Below are positions 20,222 to 31,972 of a DNA stretch of 32,000 nt, piece by piece (positions within the stretch are counted from its first letter, which is position 1; each line of letters starts with the position of its first letter). The notes beneath the pieces are model-generated. The model had not been told where the DNA came from, ran no database searches, and worked only from the letters and a program-made list of their open reading frames with translations. The position numbers and the translations under genes are program-made. This stretch comes from Vibrio cholerae ATCC 14035. Its GTDB lineage: Bacteria; Pseudomonadota; Gammaproteobacteria; Enterobacterales; Vibrionaceae. The DNA lies in contig NZ_JHXR01000018.1 of assembly GCF_000621645.1 (NCBI RefSeq), positions 63,493-95,492 on the forward strand, in the 5' to 3' direction.

Positions 20222-21424
20222 TCAACACTCAGAGACACTGGCGTGCCAACGAAAACCAAGCGGTGAGAATAAAATGAGTAACGCAGGTGCCGCTAGCCAC
20301 ATGGTCAAACCGATCAGTAGTTGCGGCTCAGGCATAATGCGTTGCAACGTACCGACCAATAGCCCAGAACCACTCATCTGGAATAGTCCGAGCAATGCCG
20401 CCGCCGTACCGGCTTTATCGCCAAACGGAGCTAACGCTTTACCGGCGGCTGCGCCCAGTATCCATGCAAAACCAATCGATGATAAAAACACTGGCAACAT
20501 GAACGCCAGTGCGCTTGCCTGATTACGCAGCACCAGCATTAGACTGCCAGCGATCATTAACGTAGTAATGCCAATGATCAAAGACCAACGAGTACCCAAT
20601 TTATCCATCACTTTGGGGGCCGTCATGCAGGCAATGATATTGATCACCGCATTAACGCCAAACCAGAAGGTGAATTCATTCATGCTGAGCTGTAAACGCT
20701 CCATGAGAATCACTGGCGCGGAGGTCACGTAAGCGAGAATCACCGCCATCGCCAGCAGACACAGCGATGCGTGGAAGAGGAAGGTCGGCGCTTTTAATAC
20801 GGCGGCATAACGAGAGAGCTTAAAGACGGCAGGTCGACTGCCCATGTACGGATTACTCTCCTGCAGACGTAGAGCCATGGCTAACCCTACCAGCAGCGCA
20901 AATCCGGTCATAAAACTGAAGTTTGCTCGCCAACCGAATTGCTGAGTTAACCAACTGCCCAGAATCGGCGCGAGTGCCGGAATAAAACAGATCGCTCCAT
21001 TGAGGTAACTGATCATCTTACCGCTGCGTTGCGGCCCAAATAAATCGCGAACTGTTGCAAAAGCTGCTACGGAAGTCGCACACGCTCCTAAGCCTTGTAG
21101 CAACCGAGCCATTAACATCCATTCAATACTTTGAGCACTCCACGCCAATAAAGCGCTCAAGGCATAAATGCTAATGCCCCCTAATGCAACAGTTCGTCGA
21201 CCATACTTATCTGCTAATGGGCCAGCAAATAACTGCCCGACGCCCATCGCAAACAAAAACCAGGTAATCGTATCTTGTGCTAAAGCGTGTTCCACGTGAA
21301 ACGCTTGTGATATTTGAGGCAATGCCGGTAGATAAATATCGATCGCCAATGGGCTAAATAGAACGAGTAGTGTCAGTAGCACCATTTGCTGCTTACTGAC
21401 CTGAGATGGCATTGCTTGTTTCAC
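20222..21424 (-). CDS. MFS drug:H+ antiporter, Bcr/CflA (DHA1) family
   Basis: 400 aa, 12 TM, with MFS motif A (GPLADKYGRR). It is paired with a divergent LysR regulator. Confidence 0.9.
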   Translation of the reverse strand: MKQAMPSQVSKQQMVLLTLLVLFSPLAIDIYLPALPQISQAFHVEHALAQDTITWFLFAMGVGQLFAGPLADKYGRRTVALGGISIYALSALLAWSAQSIEWMLMARLLQGLGACATSVAAFATVRDLFGPQRSGKMISYLNGAICFIPALAPILGSWLTQQFGWRANFSFMTGFALLVGLAMALRLQESNPYMGSRPAVFKLSRYAAVLKAPTFLFHASLCLLAMAVILAYVTSAPVILMERLQLSMNEFTFWFGVNAVINIIACMTAPKVMDKLGTRWSLIIGITTLMIAGSLMLVLRNQASALAFMLPVFLSSIGFAWILGAAAGKALAPFGDKAGTAAALLGLFQMSGSGLLVGTLQRIMPEPQLLIGLTMWLAAPALLILFSPLGFRWHASVSEC

Positions 21425-21528
21425 TTCACACTCCGACTGAATTTTAAAGATCGGTGCATGATACGTGGCTCAAGATATGCTAAACAGTGGTATATCGTCA
21501 TTGCTGTTATTCTATTTTGGAAAAACTC

Positions 21529-22470
21529 ATGCAAATTGAAAAATTGGCCCGTATCGATCTCAATCTACTGGTCTGTTTAAAAGTATTGATTGAAGAGTTA
21601 AGCGTCACGCGCGCGGCTGCACGTTTATGTCTGAGCCAATCGGCCGTGAGTAAATCCTTAGCCAAGCTACGCGAGCAGTTTGACGACCCGTTGTTTGTTC
21701 GCACGTCTTATGGACTGAATGCGACCCCGAAGGCGCTCTTCTTAAAACCCAAACTGGATGTGTTGGTGAATCAGCTTGAGCTACTAACTCAGCCCGCACA
21801 TTTCTCCCCCCAATCCAGCGAATATCGCTTTCAGATCGCGGCGGTCGAAAGTGTTTATCCATTGATCATGCCCTACTTTTTACCGACGATTTTTCGCCAC
21901 GGTCCTCATCTGAGCATCAGCACCCATGCATGGACTGAACAAACCTTCCGTAAATTACAAGTTGGCGAACTGGATTTCGGTCTGACTGGTAAAGACATTG
22001 ATATCAATGATGCGAAGTTGACCTTATTGCCTCCTGCTGACATTTGTGAACAAGAGATCTACCGCGATAATCAGCGCTGTGTGGTGCGCCGCGGCCACCC
22101 GGTACTTCAGTATGATTGGAATTTATCCAGCTATCTCAACCTCCGTCATGTACAAGTGCGCTGTGATGGAAATGATCGCTGGCTGCTGGATTATCGATTA
22201 GCCGATCTCGGCTATGAGCGCGACATTGCGATTACCGTACCAGACTTCAATAGTGCAGCCAGTTTGTGCACCTATACGGACTTTATTTTTACCGCACCGA
22301 GCCACTTTACTCACTGGGTCGCCAAGCAGATGGATCTGGTTGAATTACCATTACCGATGGAGTTTCCACCTATGGCATACACACTATTTTGGCATCGTGA
22401 ACGAGAGAATGACCCTGCGCTGCGCTGGTTACGAGAACTGATACAAACCAATACGCTTCATTTACGCTGA
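21529..22470 (+). CDS. LysR-family transcriptional regulator
   Basis: N-terminal wHTH (IDLNLLVCLKVLIEELSVTRAAARLCLSQSAVSKSLAKLREQFDDPLFVR) plus a LysR substrate-binding domain. ATG 21529 is preferred over the upstream track start. Confidence 0.9.
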   Translation: MQIEKLARIDLNLLVCLKVLIEELSVTRAAARLCLSQSAVSKSLAKLREQFDDPLFVRTSYGLNATPKALFLKPKLDVLVNQLELLTQPAHFSPQSSEYRFQIAAVESVYPLIMPYFLPTIFRHGPHLSISTHAWTEQTFRKLQVGELDFGLTGKDIDINDAKLTLLPPADICEQEIYRDNQRCVVRRGHPVLQYDWNLSSYLNLRHVQVRCDGNDRWLLDYRLADLGYERDIAITVPDFNSAASLCTYTDFIFTAPSHFTHWVAKQMDLVELPLPMEFPPMAYTLFWHRERENDPALRWLRELIQTNTLHLR

Positions 22471-22602
22471 GTTGATAGTCGGATATTTGCGCAGCGTACA
22501 CAAAAAGAGTAGCTTATTCGCTCTCGTCCACTTGCTGTATGTGGTTCGTATAATCCATACACAAGAGATAACAAGGACTGTTTAGAAAAAGGATCACTTC
22601 AG

Positions 22603-24396
22603 ATGTCAAACCTACACTCTCAACGCCTCGCGGATTTTCGCCACTGGCTACACACCCAGCAACTTGATGCCTTCATTGTTCCTCATGAAGATGAATATCT
22701 TGGGGAATACGTTCCTGAGCATAATGAGCGCTTACACTGGTTAACTGGGTTTACAGGTTCCGCGGGAGCCGCCATCGTTACCCTCTCCGGCGCAGCGATT
22801 TTTGTTGATGGCCGCTATACCGTTCAAGTCCGCAAACAAGTGTCTAGTGAGCTATTCGAATATTGCCACTTGATCGAACAACCTTATTTAAACTGGCTCG
22901 TCACTCAACTGCCCGCAGGAGCGAAAGTGGGTTACGATCCTCGCATGCACCGTGGTAGCTGGCTAACACAGGCACAAAAACAGCTCGCAGGAAAAATTAA
23001 CTTGTGTGCAGTCAGCAGTAACCCGATTGATTTACTCTGGCAGGATCGTCCAGTTCCCGCAGCCTCTGAAATGCGCTTAATACCTCTTGATCGTGTTGGA
23101 CAAAGCAGCCTTGAAAAGCGTCAATCGATCGCCAGCACTCTGCGCGACAAAAACGCCGATTGCGTCGTGTTGACCGAACTAGATTCTATCGCATGGCTAC
23201 TCAATATCCGCGGTTTAGATGTATCTCGCTTACCCGTGTTGCTTTCTCACGCCATTGTCCATAACGACAGCAGTGTGGATTTCTTTTTCGATCCGGCGCG
23301 CTTGGCAACCGATTTTGATGCCCATGTAGCAGGTACGGTTCGCGTGCATCATCCGGATCAGCTTGAAGCTCAACTGCATCAACTCTCTGGTCGCCGCGTC
23401 ATGCTCGATTCTGCGACCAGCAATGCATGGTTCACACTCACCTTACAAAATGCGGGCGCTGAACTGCTCAACGAAGCGGATCCATGCCTCCTGCCGAAAG
23501 CGGCAAAAAATAACACGGAAATTGCAGGCATGCGTGCCTGTCATATTCGCGATGGTGCAGCTATGGTGCAATTTCTCGCTTGGCTGGACAATGAAGTGGC
23601 TAATGGTCGCCTGCATAATGAGGCCGAGCTGGCGGATCGACTTGAAGCCTTCCGTCGCCAAGACCCAACCTTGGTTGACTTGAGTTTTGATACGATTTCA
23701 GCAGCTGGTACAAACGCCGCTATGTGCCACTACAACCACCAAAATCAGCCTGAGCCGGGTCAGCTTTCTATGGATAGCCTGTATTTAGTCGATTCTGGTG
23801 GCCAGTACCTTGATGGAACCACAGACATTACTCGTACGGTGGCCATTGGCCAGGTCAGCGCAGAGATGAAGCAACAATTCACCTTAGTACTCAAAGGTCA
23901 CATTGCCTTGGCTCGCGCTCGCTTCCCGAAAGGCACAACAGGTTCACAACTTGATGTTTTGGCCAGACAGCACTTATGGGCACAAGGTTACGACTACGAT
24001 CATGGTACTGGCCATGGTGTCGGCCATTTCTTAAGTGTACATGAAGGGCCACAGCGTATCGCGAAGGTTCACAATAGTGTGGCTTTGCGCCCCGGAATGG
24101 TGCTTTCCAATGAGCCGGGTTATTACCGTGCCGATGCGTTCGGCATTCGAATCGAGAACTTAGAGCTGGTCACCGAGTTTGCAACTCAGGGCGATTTCTC
24201 TGTACTTGGTTTTGAATCATTGACTCGTTGCCCTATCGATAAACGTGCGATTGAGGTGAATTTGCTGACTAAGCCGGAACTCCATTGGCTCAATCAGTAT
24301 CATCAAAAAGTGTGGGATGAAGTGAGTCCGCTTATCAAAGAGGCTCACGTCCGTGAGTGGTTGCAACAAGCCACCTCACCCTTGAGTCACGTATAA
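22603..24396 (+). CDS. M24-family Xaa-Pro aminopeptidase (aminopeptidase P-like)
   Basis: 597 aa with N-terminal creatinase/prolidase-type domains and a C-terminal pita-bread fold. Metal ligands are present (VDSGGQYLDGTTDITRT, HGTGHGVG, SNEPGYY, RIENLE). Confidence 0.9.
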   Translation: MSNLHSQRLADFRHWLHTQQLDAFIVPHEDEYLGEYVPEHNERLHWLTGFTGSAGAAIVTLSGAAIFVDGRYTVQVRKQVSSELFEYCHLIEQPYLNWLVTQLPAGAKVGYDPRMHRGSWLTQAQKQLAGKINLCAVSSNPIDLLWQDRPVPAASEMRLIPLDRVGQSSLEKRQSIASTLRDKNADCVVLTELDSIAWLLNIRGLDVSRLPVLLSHAIVHNDSSVDFFFDPARLATDFDAHVAGTVRVHHPDQLEAQLHQLSGRRVMLDSATSNAWFTLTLQNAGAELLNEADPCLLPKAAKNNTEIAGMRACHIRDGAAMVQFLAWLDNEVANGRLHNEAELADRLEAFRRQDPTLVDLSFDTISAAGTNAAMCHYNHQNQPEPGQLSMDSLYLVDSGGQYLDGTTDITRTVAIGQVSAEMKQQFTLVLKGHIALARARFPKGTTGSQLDVLARQHLWAQGYDYDHGTGHGVGHFLSVHEGPQRIAKVHNSVALRPGMVLSNEPGYYRADAFGIRIENLELVTEFATQGDFSVLGFESLTRCPIDKRAIEVNLLTKPELHWLNQYHQKVWDEVSPLIKEAHVREWLQQATSPLSHV

Positions 24397-24426
24397 ACTG
24401 GCTGGTTATCCGCATAGAATAGAAAA

Positions 24427-24455
24427 GAAAACCGTCGTATGGCGGTTTTCTTTTT
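24427..24455 (+). terminator. Rho-independent terminator of the aminopeptidase gene
   Basis: GAAAACCG-TCGTATGG-CGGTTTTC is followed by TTTTT. Confidence 0.8.
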
Positions 24456-24620
24456 GTTGCTGCTATTTGTTTTGTCGCTATCGTGGATGGGATTTAGCCT
24501 CGAGAAATCGCAGTTCTACTCCAAGTTTCAACCCAGAAAAGGCTCTATCCGAATCTCAAATGCCGTTTTTGTAAAATACAAGCTTTGGGTTTCACGTGAA
24601 ACATTAATTTGAGTGAAACA

Positions 24621-25733
24621 TTAGCCTGAATAGGCTCGATGCCAGTCATGCCATACCACTTGTAAACCTTGCTCCATTAACGCGCTACTCACCTCTGCGG
24701 CAGAACGCTCATCACTTACCGCAAACTGCTCTAACTCAACCTTAGGGTCTGAATACCCTCCCGGCTGAGTTTTAGACGCTGCAGACATTGAGGTAATCCC
24801 GAGCTTAGCCACTTGATCACGAAACATCGGTGACTCGCGGGTAGACAAAGAAAGCTCAACCTCGCTATTGAACAGACGAAATGCACAAATCAACTGCACA
24901 AGTTGTCGATCCGTCATCACTGATTTCGGCTGTAAAGCGCCCTCACACGGGCGTAAACGCGGAAAAGAAATTGAGTAGCGCGTCTTCCAATATTGTCGCT
25001 CAAGATAATCCAGATGCGCCGCAACAAAAATGCTGTCAGTTCGCCAGTCCTCAAGCCCAATCAGCGCGCCAATACCAATTTTATCGATGCCCGCTCTAGC
25101 CAACCTATCGGGTGTTTCGAGTCGATACCAAAAATCGGTTTTCTTGCCTCGCAAATGATGCTGCGCATAAGTCGAAGGATGGTACGTTTCTTGGTAAACC
25201 ATCACCGCATCCAACCCGAGCCCAATTAACTCGGCATACTCTTCTTGCTGCAACGGCTGAACTTCCATCGCAACATAATGAAAAGCTTGCTTGATGATAG
25301 GCAGTGCCCGACGGAAGTATTCGATACCCACTTTGGTTTCATGCTCTCCGGTCACCAGCAAAACGCTATCAAAACCCATTCGTTTAATCGCCGCGATCTC
25401 TCGTTCAATCTCCACTTCATTCAGTGTTTTACGCTTGATTCGGTTATCCATTGAAAAACCGCAATAGGTACAGGAATTCGAACAGAGATTAGAGAGGTAG
25501 AGCGGAATGTACATCGACATGGTATTGCCAAAACGTTGACGAGTGGCCTGATAAGCCATTTGCGCCATTGTTTCCAGATAAGGCTCTGCTGAAGGTGAAA
25601 TCAGCGCTTTGAAATCGTCTAACGTCCGTTTAGGTGAAGATAAAGCGCGTTCAACATCCCGCGCTGTCTTACCATAAATCGATAGCCGACTGTCATCCCA
25701 GCCTAATTGTTGGAAGTGGGTAATGAAGCTCAT
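24621..25733 (-). CDS. thiH: 2-iminoacetate synthase ThiH (radical SAM)
   Basis: 370 aa with the [10 protein letters not shown] radical-SAM cluster motif. It is the last gene of the thi operon and overlaps thiG by 4 nt. Confidence 0.96.
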
Positions 25734-26500
25734 GATACAAAATCCAAAAATCCAGTTAATGGACTTGATGCCGTCGCCATTTTTACTCGTGATGGCAAGC
25801 CGGATTCATAAGCCATTCGCCCAGCTTCGACCGCTAGCTTAAAGGCTTTTGCCATAGCGATGGGGTCATGCGCCGCGGCAATAGCGGTATTCACTAACAC
25901 AGCGTCGGCGCCAAGCTCCATCGCTTGCGCAGCATCGGATGGCGACCCAATCCCCGCATCGACAATGACCGGCACCTTGGCTTGGTCAATGATGATTTCA
26001 AGAAAGGTTTTCGACGCCAAGCCTTGATTGCTGCCAATCGGTGAACCGAGGGGCATAACCGCAGCGCAGCCAACCTCTTCCAATCTTTTGCACAAGACAG
26101 GGTCAGCATGACAATACGGCAACACAATAAAACCTTGCTTCACCAATTGTTCTGCCGCAAGCAGGGTTTCGATGGGATCGGGCATTAGATATTTGGGATC
26201 AGGATGAATCTCCAACTTAAGCCAGTTCGTGGCTAAGGCTTCTCGGGCTAGCTCGGCGGCATACACCGCATCAGCAGCATTTTTGGCTCCAGATGTGTTA
26301 GGTAAGAGATTCATCTGCATACTGAGTAGCGGCGCAAGAATGTCATCGTCGCGCTGAGCCAAATCAATCCGCTTTAACGCCATGGTCACCAACTCTGAAC
26401 CTGAGGCGGCCAATGCTTCAGCCATGACATGGCGATTAGAGAATTTTCCAGTCCCAGTAAACAGTCTGGATTGAAACGTTTTATCTGCAATCTTGAGCAT
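25730..26500 (-). CDS. thiG: Thiazole synthase ThiG
   Basis: 256 aa with [15 protein letters not shown] and [13 protein letters not shown], canonical ThiG blocks. Confidence 0.97.
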
Positions 26501-26505
26501 CTGAT

Positions 26506-26706
26506 TTAGCCTCCTGCTATCGCTTGGAAAAGGGAAATCTCATCCCCTGAATTAAGCTTGGTGTGTTGCCATTCACTTCTTGGGACAACCTGCCCATTGA
26601 GACTGAAGACGCAACCTTGGTTAGGCAGGCTGAGCTGCGCATGTAAATGGAATAATGAGCTAGAAATATCAGTCTGGATAGCTTGCTGATTCAAGTAGAT
26701 AGTCAT
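26506..26706 (-). CDS. thiS: Sulfur-carrier protein ThiS
   Basis: 66 aa from MTIYLNQQ, ending in the diagnostic Gly-Gly (FQAIAGG). The TAATG junction with the thiF stop supports ATG 26706 over the 85-aa track ORF. Confidence 0.9.
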
Positions 26707-27482
26707 TAGCACGGTTGCGGCTCCTTCGGTTGTGCAGGTGACGATACGCTGCAAACTGGGCAAACCTTATCTGGATGAAGCTGTAAGCTCTGCCAGTTCA
26801 TAGATTTACCGTCAAAGCGCAGTAATTGGTTAGCAGGAAAATGGGCGCTCCCCATCAGAGCATGCAGTGCGATTAAGGCTTGTCCGTTACCAATCATACC
26901 GACAACAGGGCCAATAACGCCTCGGTCACTGCAGCGTTGGCGCTCTGCCATATCCGGTACGACACACTGATAGCAAGGTGTAGATTGGCGATAGTCAAAC
27001 GCCATGAGATGCCCTTCCCACCCAATGACGGCACCGCTGATGAGTGGCCGCTGCGCTGCATAACAGGCTCGATTAATTGCGTGGCGGGTTGGAAGGTTAT
27101 CACTACAATCCAACACCAAATCCACTTGGTTGATTTCTAAGTTCAGGATCAGCTCATCTACTTCCCGAGCAATCACCCGCACTCGTACTTCTGAATTGAG
27201 TTCACGCAAGTGCCGAGCAAGAAGCTCGGCTTTATTGTGACCAATTTGTGCCTCGTGATAGCAAATCTGACGGTGTAAGTTGTGTAACTCCAGCCTATCA
27301 CTATCCGCGATAATCACTTGTCCAACACCTGCACCAACCAAGTAAGGGGCCACCACATTACCAAGCCCCCCGCAGCCAACTATCAACACACGTGAATTAA
27401 GCAGTTTTTGCTGCCCTTCCTCTCCAAGCTCAGCAAGGCTGATCTGCCTTTGATAGCGAAGAAACTGTTTATCTGTGAGCAT
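26706..27482 (-). CDS. thiF: ThiS adenylyltransferase ThiF
   Basis: 258 aa, E1-like, with YQRQISL, VLIVGCGGLG and Cys pairs (CYQC, CPVC). Confidence 0.93.
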   Translation of the reverse strand: MLTDKQFLRYQRQISLAELGEEGQQKLLNSRVLIVGCGGLGNVVAPYLVGAGVGQVIIADSDRLELHNLHRQICYHEAQIGHNKAELLARHLRELNSEVRVRVIAREVDELILNLEINQVDLVLDCSDNLPTRHAINRACYAAQRPLISGAVIGWEGHLMAFDYRQSTPCYQCVVPDMAERQRCSDRGVIGPVVGMIGNGQALIALHALMGSAHFPANQLLRFDGKSMNWQSLQLHPDKVCPVCSVSSPAQPKEPQPC

Positions 27483-28791
27483 CCGCTACCTCCATAGCCA
27501 AGTAACTGAGTGGCTCGCATGACTCGCTGGCTGGCATCAACTTGTACTCCGCATCTACAAAATCGGCAAAAGCAGAACTCAACGCTTGTACTGCAAGGCT
27601 AGGATCCGGTGACTCGGTAATAGCCCGCACCACTGCAACCGCCGTGACGCCACAATCGAGAACATCGCGAATGTTTCTGCAATCAATACCACCAATCGCC
27701 ACCGTTGGAATGCCATGTTGTCCTTGGTGAGGCATTTGATTAACCAACCGCTGATAGGCGGCCAATCGCACTAGCCCTTGTGGTTTTGATGGCATCTGTT
27801 TAGTGGTCGTGGGAAAAATGTGCCCAAGGGCGATGTAGCTAGGCTGTATTCCTGCGGCTATCAGTAACTCATAATAACCATGCGTCGAAAGCCCCAATCG
27901 AATACCTGCATCTAATAGCTCGGTTAAATTCGCACTCGTCAAATCCTCTTGACCAAGGTGCACACCATAAGCCTGATGCTTAATGGCTAATTGCCAATGA
28001 TCATTTATAAAAACCTGTGCGTTGAATTCACGACCTAACGCGATGGCTCGGATAATCTGTGCTTCCAAATCACCCTGCTTAGGATCTTTAATTCGCAGCT
28101 GAACCGTTCTAACACCGAGCTTCAGAAGATGCTCAATCCAATTCACATCATCCACTACGGGATAGAGATTAAATTTTGCTTTATCAATCGTTGGAAATGC
28201 TCTGGTGGTTAGAAATACTTGGGTAGATAGAGAGCGAATGTTAGATTGCACTGCAGGGAAACGCTCGAATTGCGTTGGCCATGTTTCACGTGAAACGCTA
28301 TCCCCTTGAGTGATTGCCGCTCTTGCAATGCACAAACCATCTCCAATCGAAAAATCTAAGGTCAACGTAGCTAAAACCCAAGCAAGATGCTGATTTACCT
28401 TACTATTTAATCGATGGTTCTCTGATGGATAAACAATAAGTTGCTCTGCAGCATGCCCATACTGCCACTTATCCAGCGTAAAACCATATTCATCATGAAG
28501 ACCTACAGTCACCGTGCAGCGAGCGTTACACATCATTGCCTCGGGTAACACTCGGTTTTCAGACACATAGTCTAGGTAGTAGTCGCAAGGCTCAAAACCC
28601 TCCTTTTGAGAGCACAAACTACTGCCAATTCGCAAAGACTCTTCACTCTTCTCTAAAATAAACTGAGCCTCAGAGCCCACATCCAAACGGATATGCTGAA
28701 TAGCGACCCCTTGTTCCTTGGCTTGCAACAGTGCGTATTGCACGTGACCGATTAAGGCTGATAGGTGACGTGGAAAAACCAAACGTACCAT
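27469..28791 (-). CDS. thiE: Thiamine-phosphate synthase ThiE with an extra N-terminal domain of about 195 aa and a short C-terminal tail
   Basis: Residues ~200-415 are collinear with E. coli ThiE (LYPVVDDVNWIEHLLKLGVRTVQLRIKD, FINDHWQLAIKHQAYGVHLGQEDL, PSYIALGHIFPTTTKQMPS, PTVAIGGI). Residues 1-~195 match nothing I recognise. Total length is 440 aa against about 211 in E. coli. Confidence 0.9.
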   Translation of the reverse strand: MVRLVFPRHLSALIGHVQYALLQAKEQGVAIQHIRLDVGSEAQFILEKSEESLRIGSSLCSQKEGFEPCDYYLDYVSENRVLPEAMMCNARCTVTVGLHDEYGFTLDKWQYGHAAEQLIVYPSENHRLNSKVNQHLAWVLATLTLDFSIGDGLCIARAAITQGDSVSRETWPTQFERFPAVQSNIRSLSTQVFLTTRAFPTIDKAKFNLYPVVDDVNWIEHLLKLGVRTVQLRIKDPKQGDLEAQIIRAIALGREFNAQVFINDHWQLAIKHQAYGVHLGQEDLTSANLTELLDAGIRLGLSTHGYYELLIAAGIQPSYIALGHIFPTTTKQMPSKPQGLVRLAAYQRLVNQMPHQGQHGIPTVAIGGIDCRNIRDVLDCGVTAVAVVRAITESPDPSLAVQALSSAFADFVDAEYKLMPASESCEPLSYLAMEVADAHR

Positions 28792-28794
28792 GAC

Positions 28795-30765
<1,971 letters not shown>

Positions 30766-30842
30766 TGACGGAAAGATGCTATGAGAGATGAGTCGACAGG
30801 TAAGTACGCTATTAATAACAATAGGTCACCTAAGAGAGTCTT

Positions 30843-30928
30843 CTCTTGTTCCCTTCGCAGGTATTAACCTGATCAGGTTCAACGGATCCCGAATAAACGG
30901 TCTCAGCCCAATGGCACTCCGACAAGTG
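30843..30928 (-). promoter_or_regulatory. TPP (THI-box) riboswitch aptamer
   Basis: The minus strand reads CTTGTCGGAGTGCCATTGGGCTGAGACCGTTTATTCGGGATCCGTTGAACCTGATCAGGTTAATACCTGCGAAGGGAACAAG. It has CTGAGA, ACCTGATC..GGTTAATACC and a CTTGT/ACAAG P1 stem, and is almost identical to the E. coli thiC aptamer as I recall it. Confidence 0.95.
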
Positions 30929-30933
30929 GAAGC

Positions 30934-30962
30934 ATTATAGATAAAGCTTATTCGTTAACCAA
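30934..30962 (-). promoter_or_regulatory. Candidate sigma70 promoter of the thi operon (-35 TTGGTT, 17-nt spacer, -10 TATAAT)
   Basis: On the minus strand, a perfect TATAAT (complement of 30934-30939) ends about 7 nt before the riboswitch P1 stem. TTGGTT lies 17 nt upstream. Confidence 0.55.
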
Positions 30963-30983
30963 GTAAAATGGCTGTTTCATTGA

Positions 30984-31364
30984 TCAACTTTTCATTAACC
31001 AGTGAAAACCAATCCACGCAGCAGAAATACTTAAAATGACATTCAACAGTACATTCGCCCCCATTTTAAAAAAAGCGCCCTGCTGCATTAAAAGCACGTT
31101 ATCCATAGAAAACGTCGAGAAAGTCGTTAATGCTCCGAGAAAACCAAGGCCAATCACTTGTTTCCATGGGTAAGGGCTTAACCACTCATTTTCAACACAA
31201 GCGATCAAAACCCCCATAATAAATGACCCCACCACATTAACGGTCAGTGTTCCAATCGGGAAACCACGCCCAAATAAAGTGACGCATATTTCGGACACTA
31301 AGAAACGAGCGCAAGCACCAACCGCGCCGCCTAAAGCAATAAAACCCAATATCGCGAATGACAT
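30984..31364 (-). CDS. crcB: Fluoride channel CrcB/FluC
   Basis: 126 aa from MSFAILG with four TM segments and the CrcB motifs GAVGACARF, GTLTVNVVGSF and GALTTFSTFS. ATG 31364 sits 6 nt after AAGGAA, so the TTG at 31385 is rejected. Confidence 0.93.
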   Translation of the reverse strand: MSFAILGFIALGGAVGACARFLVSEICVTLFGRGFPIGTLTVNVVGSFIMGVLIACVENEWLSPYPWKQVIGLGFLGALTTFSTFSMDNVLLMQQGAFFKMGANVLLNVILSISAAWIGFHWLMKS

Positions 31365-31559
31365 GCCGATTCCTTTATCTACCAACTAAGAGGGTATTCT
31401 AAACACTCCTCGGTATAAAGCGCAAAACTTCAACGAAATAATAGATTGAGCAAAAACAATGTGGCGGATTGCCGTTAACAATAAGGAGAAAAATAGAAAA
31501 GTTACATGCGTCACTTAATCACAAAAACTCTTAGGACGAGATTAATTAAATGGCAGATA

Positions 31560-31586
31560 AAGAAAAACCTCAGCATTTCTGCTGAG
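31560..31586 (-). terminator. Rho-independent terminator ending the rRNA/tRNA operon
   Basis: On the minus strand, CTCAGCA-GAAA-TGCTGAG is followed by GTTTTTCTTT, 10 nt after the tRNA-Trp 3' end. Confidence 0.75.
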
Positions 31587-31596
31587 CTTCGATATA

Positions 31597-31673
<77 letters not shown>

Positions 31674-31702
31674 GTAGTTTTTTGAGCTTAAGCTCGAATA
31701 AG

Positions 31703-31779
31703 TGGCGGAGCGGACGGGACTCGAACCCGCGACCCCCGGCGTGACAGGCCGGTATTCTAACCGACTGAACTACCGCTCC
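31703..31779 (-). tRNA. aspT: tRNA-Asp (anticodon GTC)
   Basis: 77 nt: GGAGCGGTAGTTCAGTCGGTTAGAATACCGGCCTGTCACGCCGGGGGTCGCGGGTTCGAGTCCCGTCCGCTCCGCCA. It is near-identical to E. coli tRNA-Asp. Confidence 0.97.
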
Positions 31780-31852
31780 GCTGTCTGGTTAGACGTTTCG
31801 TCTACTTTTTTTGCCTTTAGATTTTTCTTAAAAATCTAAAAACAACAAGTTA

Positions 31853-31972
31853 AAGCCTGGCGATGTTCTACTCTCACATGGGGAGACCCCACACTACCAT
31901 CGACGCTGTTTCGTTTCACTTCTGAGTTCGGGATGGAATCAGGTGGGTCCAAAACGCTATGGTCGCCAAGCA
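31853..31972 (-). rRNA. rrf: 5S ribosomal RNA
   Basis: 120 nt. Its reverse complement aligns with E. coli 5S rRNA along its length (GCCTGGCG...CCCCATGTGAGAGTAG on the RNA strand, GAACTCAGAAGTGAAAC). Bases 31973-32000 are 23S-5S spacer. Confidence 0.95.

Noticed and set aside
22549-22554. A perfect TATAAT about 50 nt upstream of the aminopeptidase gene.
   Set aside because: No acceptable -35 lies at 16-18 nt; TTGCTG is only 11 nt away. It is left uncalled.
26707-26763. A 19-codon N-terminal extension of thiS (85-aa track ORF).
   Set aside because: It lies inside the thiF coding sequence. The TAATG stop-start junction and the canonical 66-aa ThiS length support ATG 26706.
31365-31596. Looked for a fluoride (crcB-motif) riboswitch upstream of crcB.
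   Set aside because: The conserved CUGAUGAU-type 3' element and the GGnGAUG 5' element are absent on the minus strand. Many gammaproteobacterial crcB genes lack the riboswitch.
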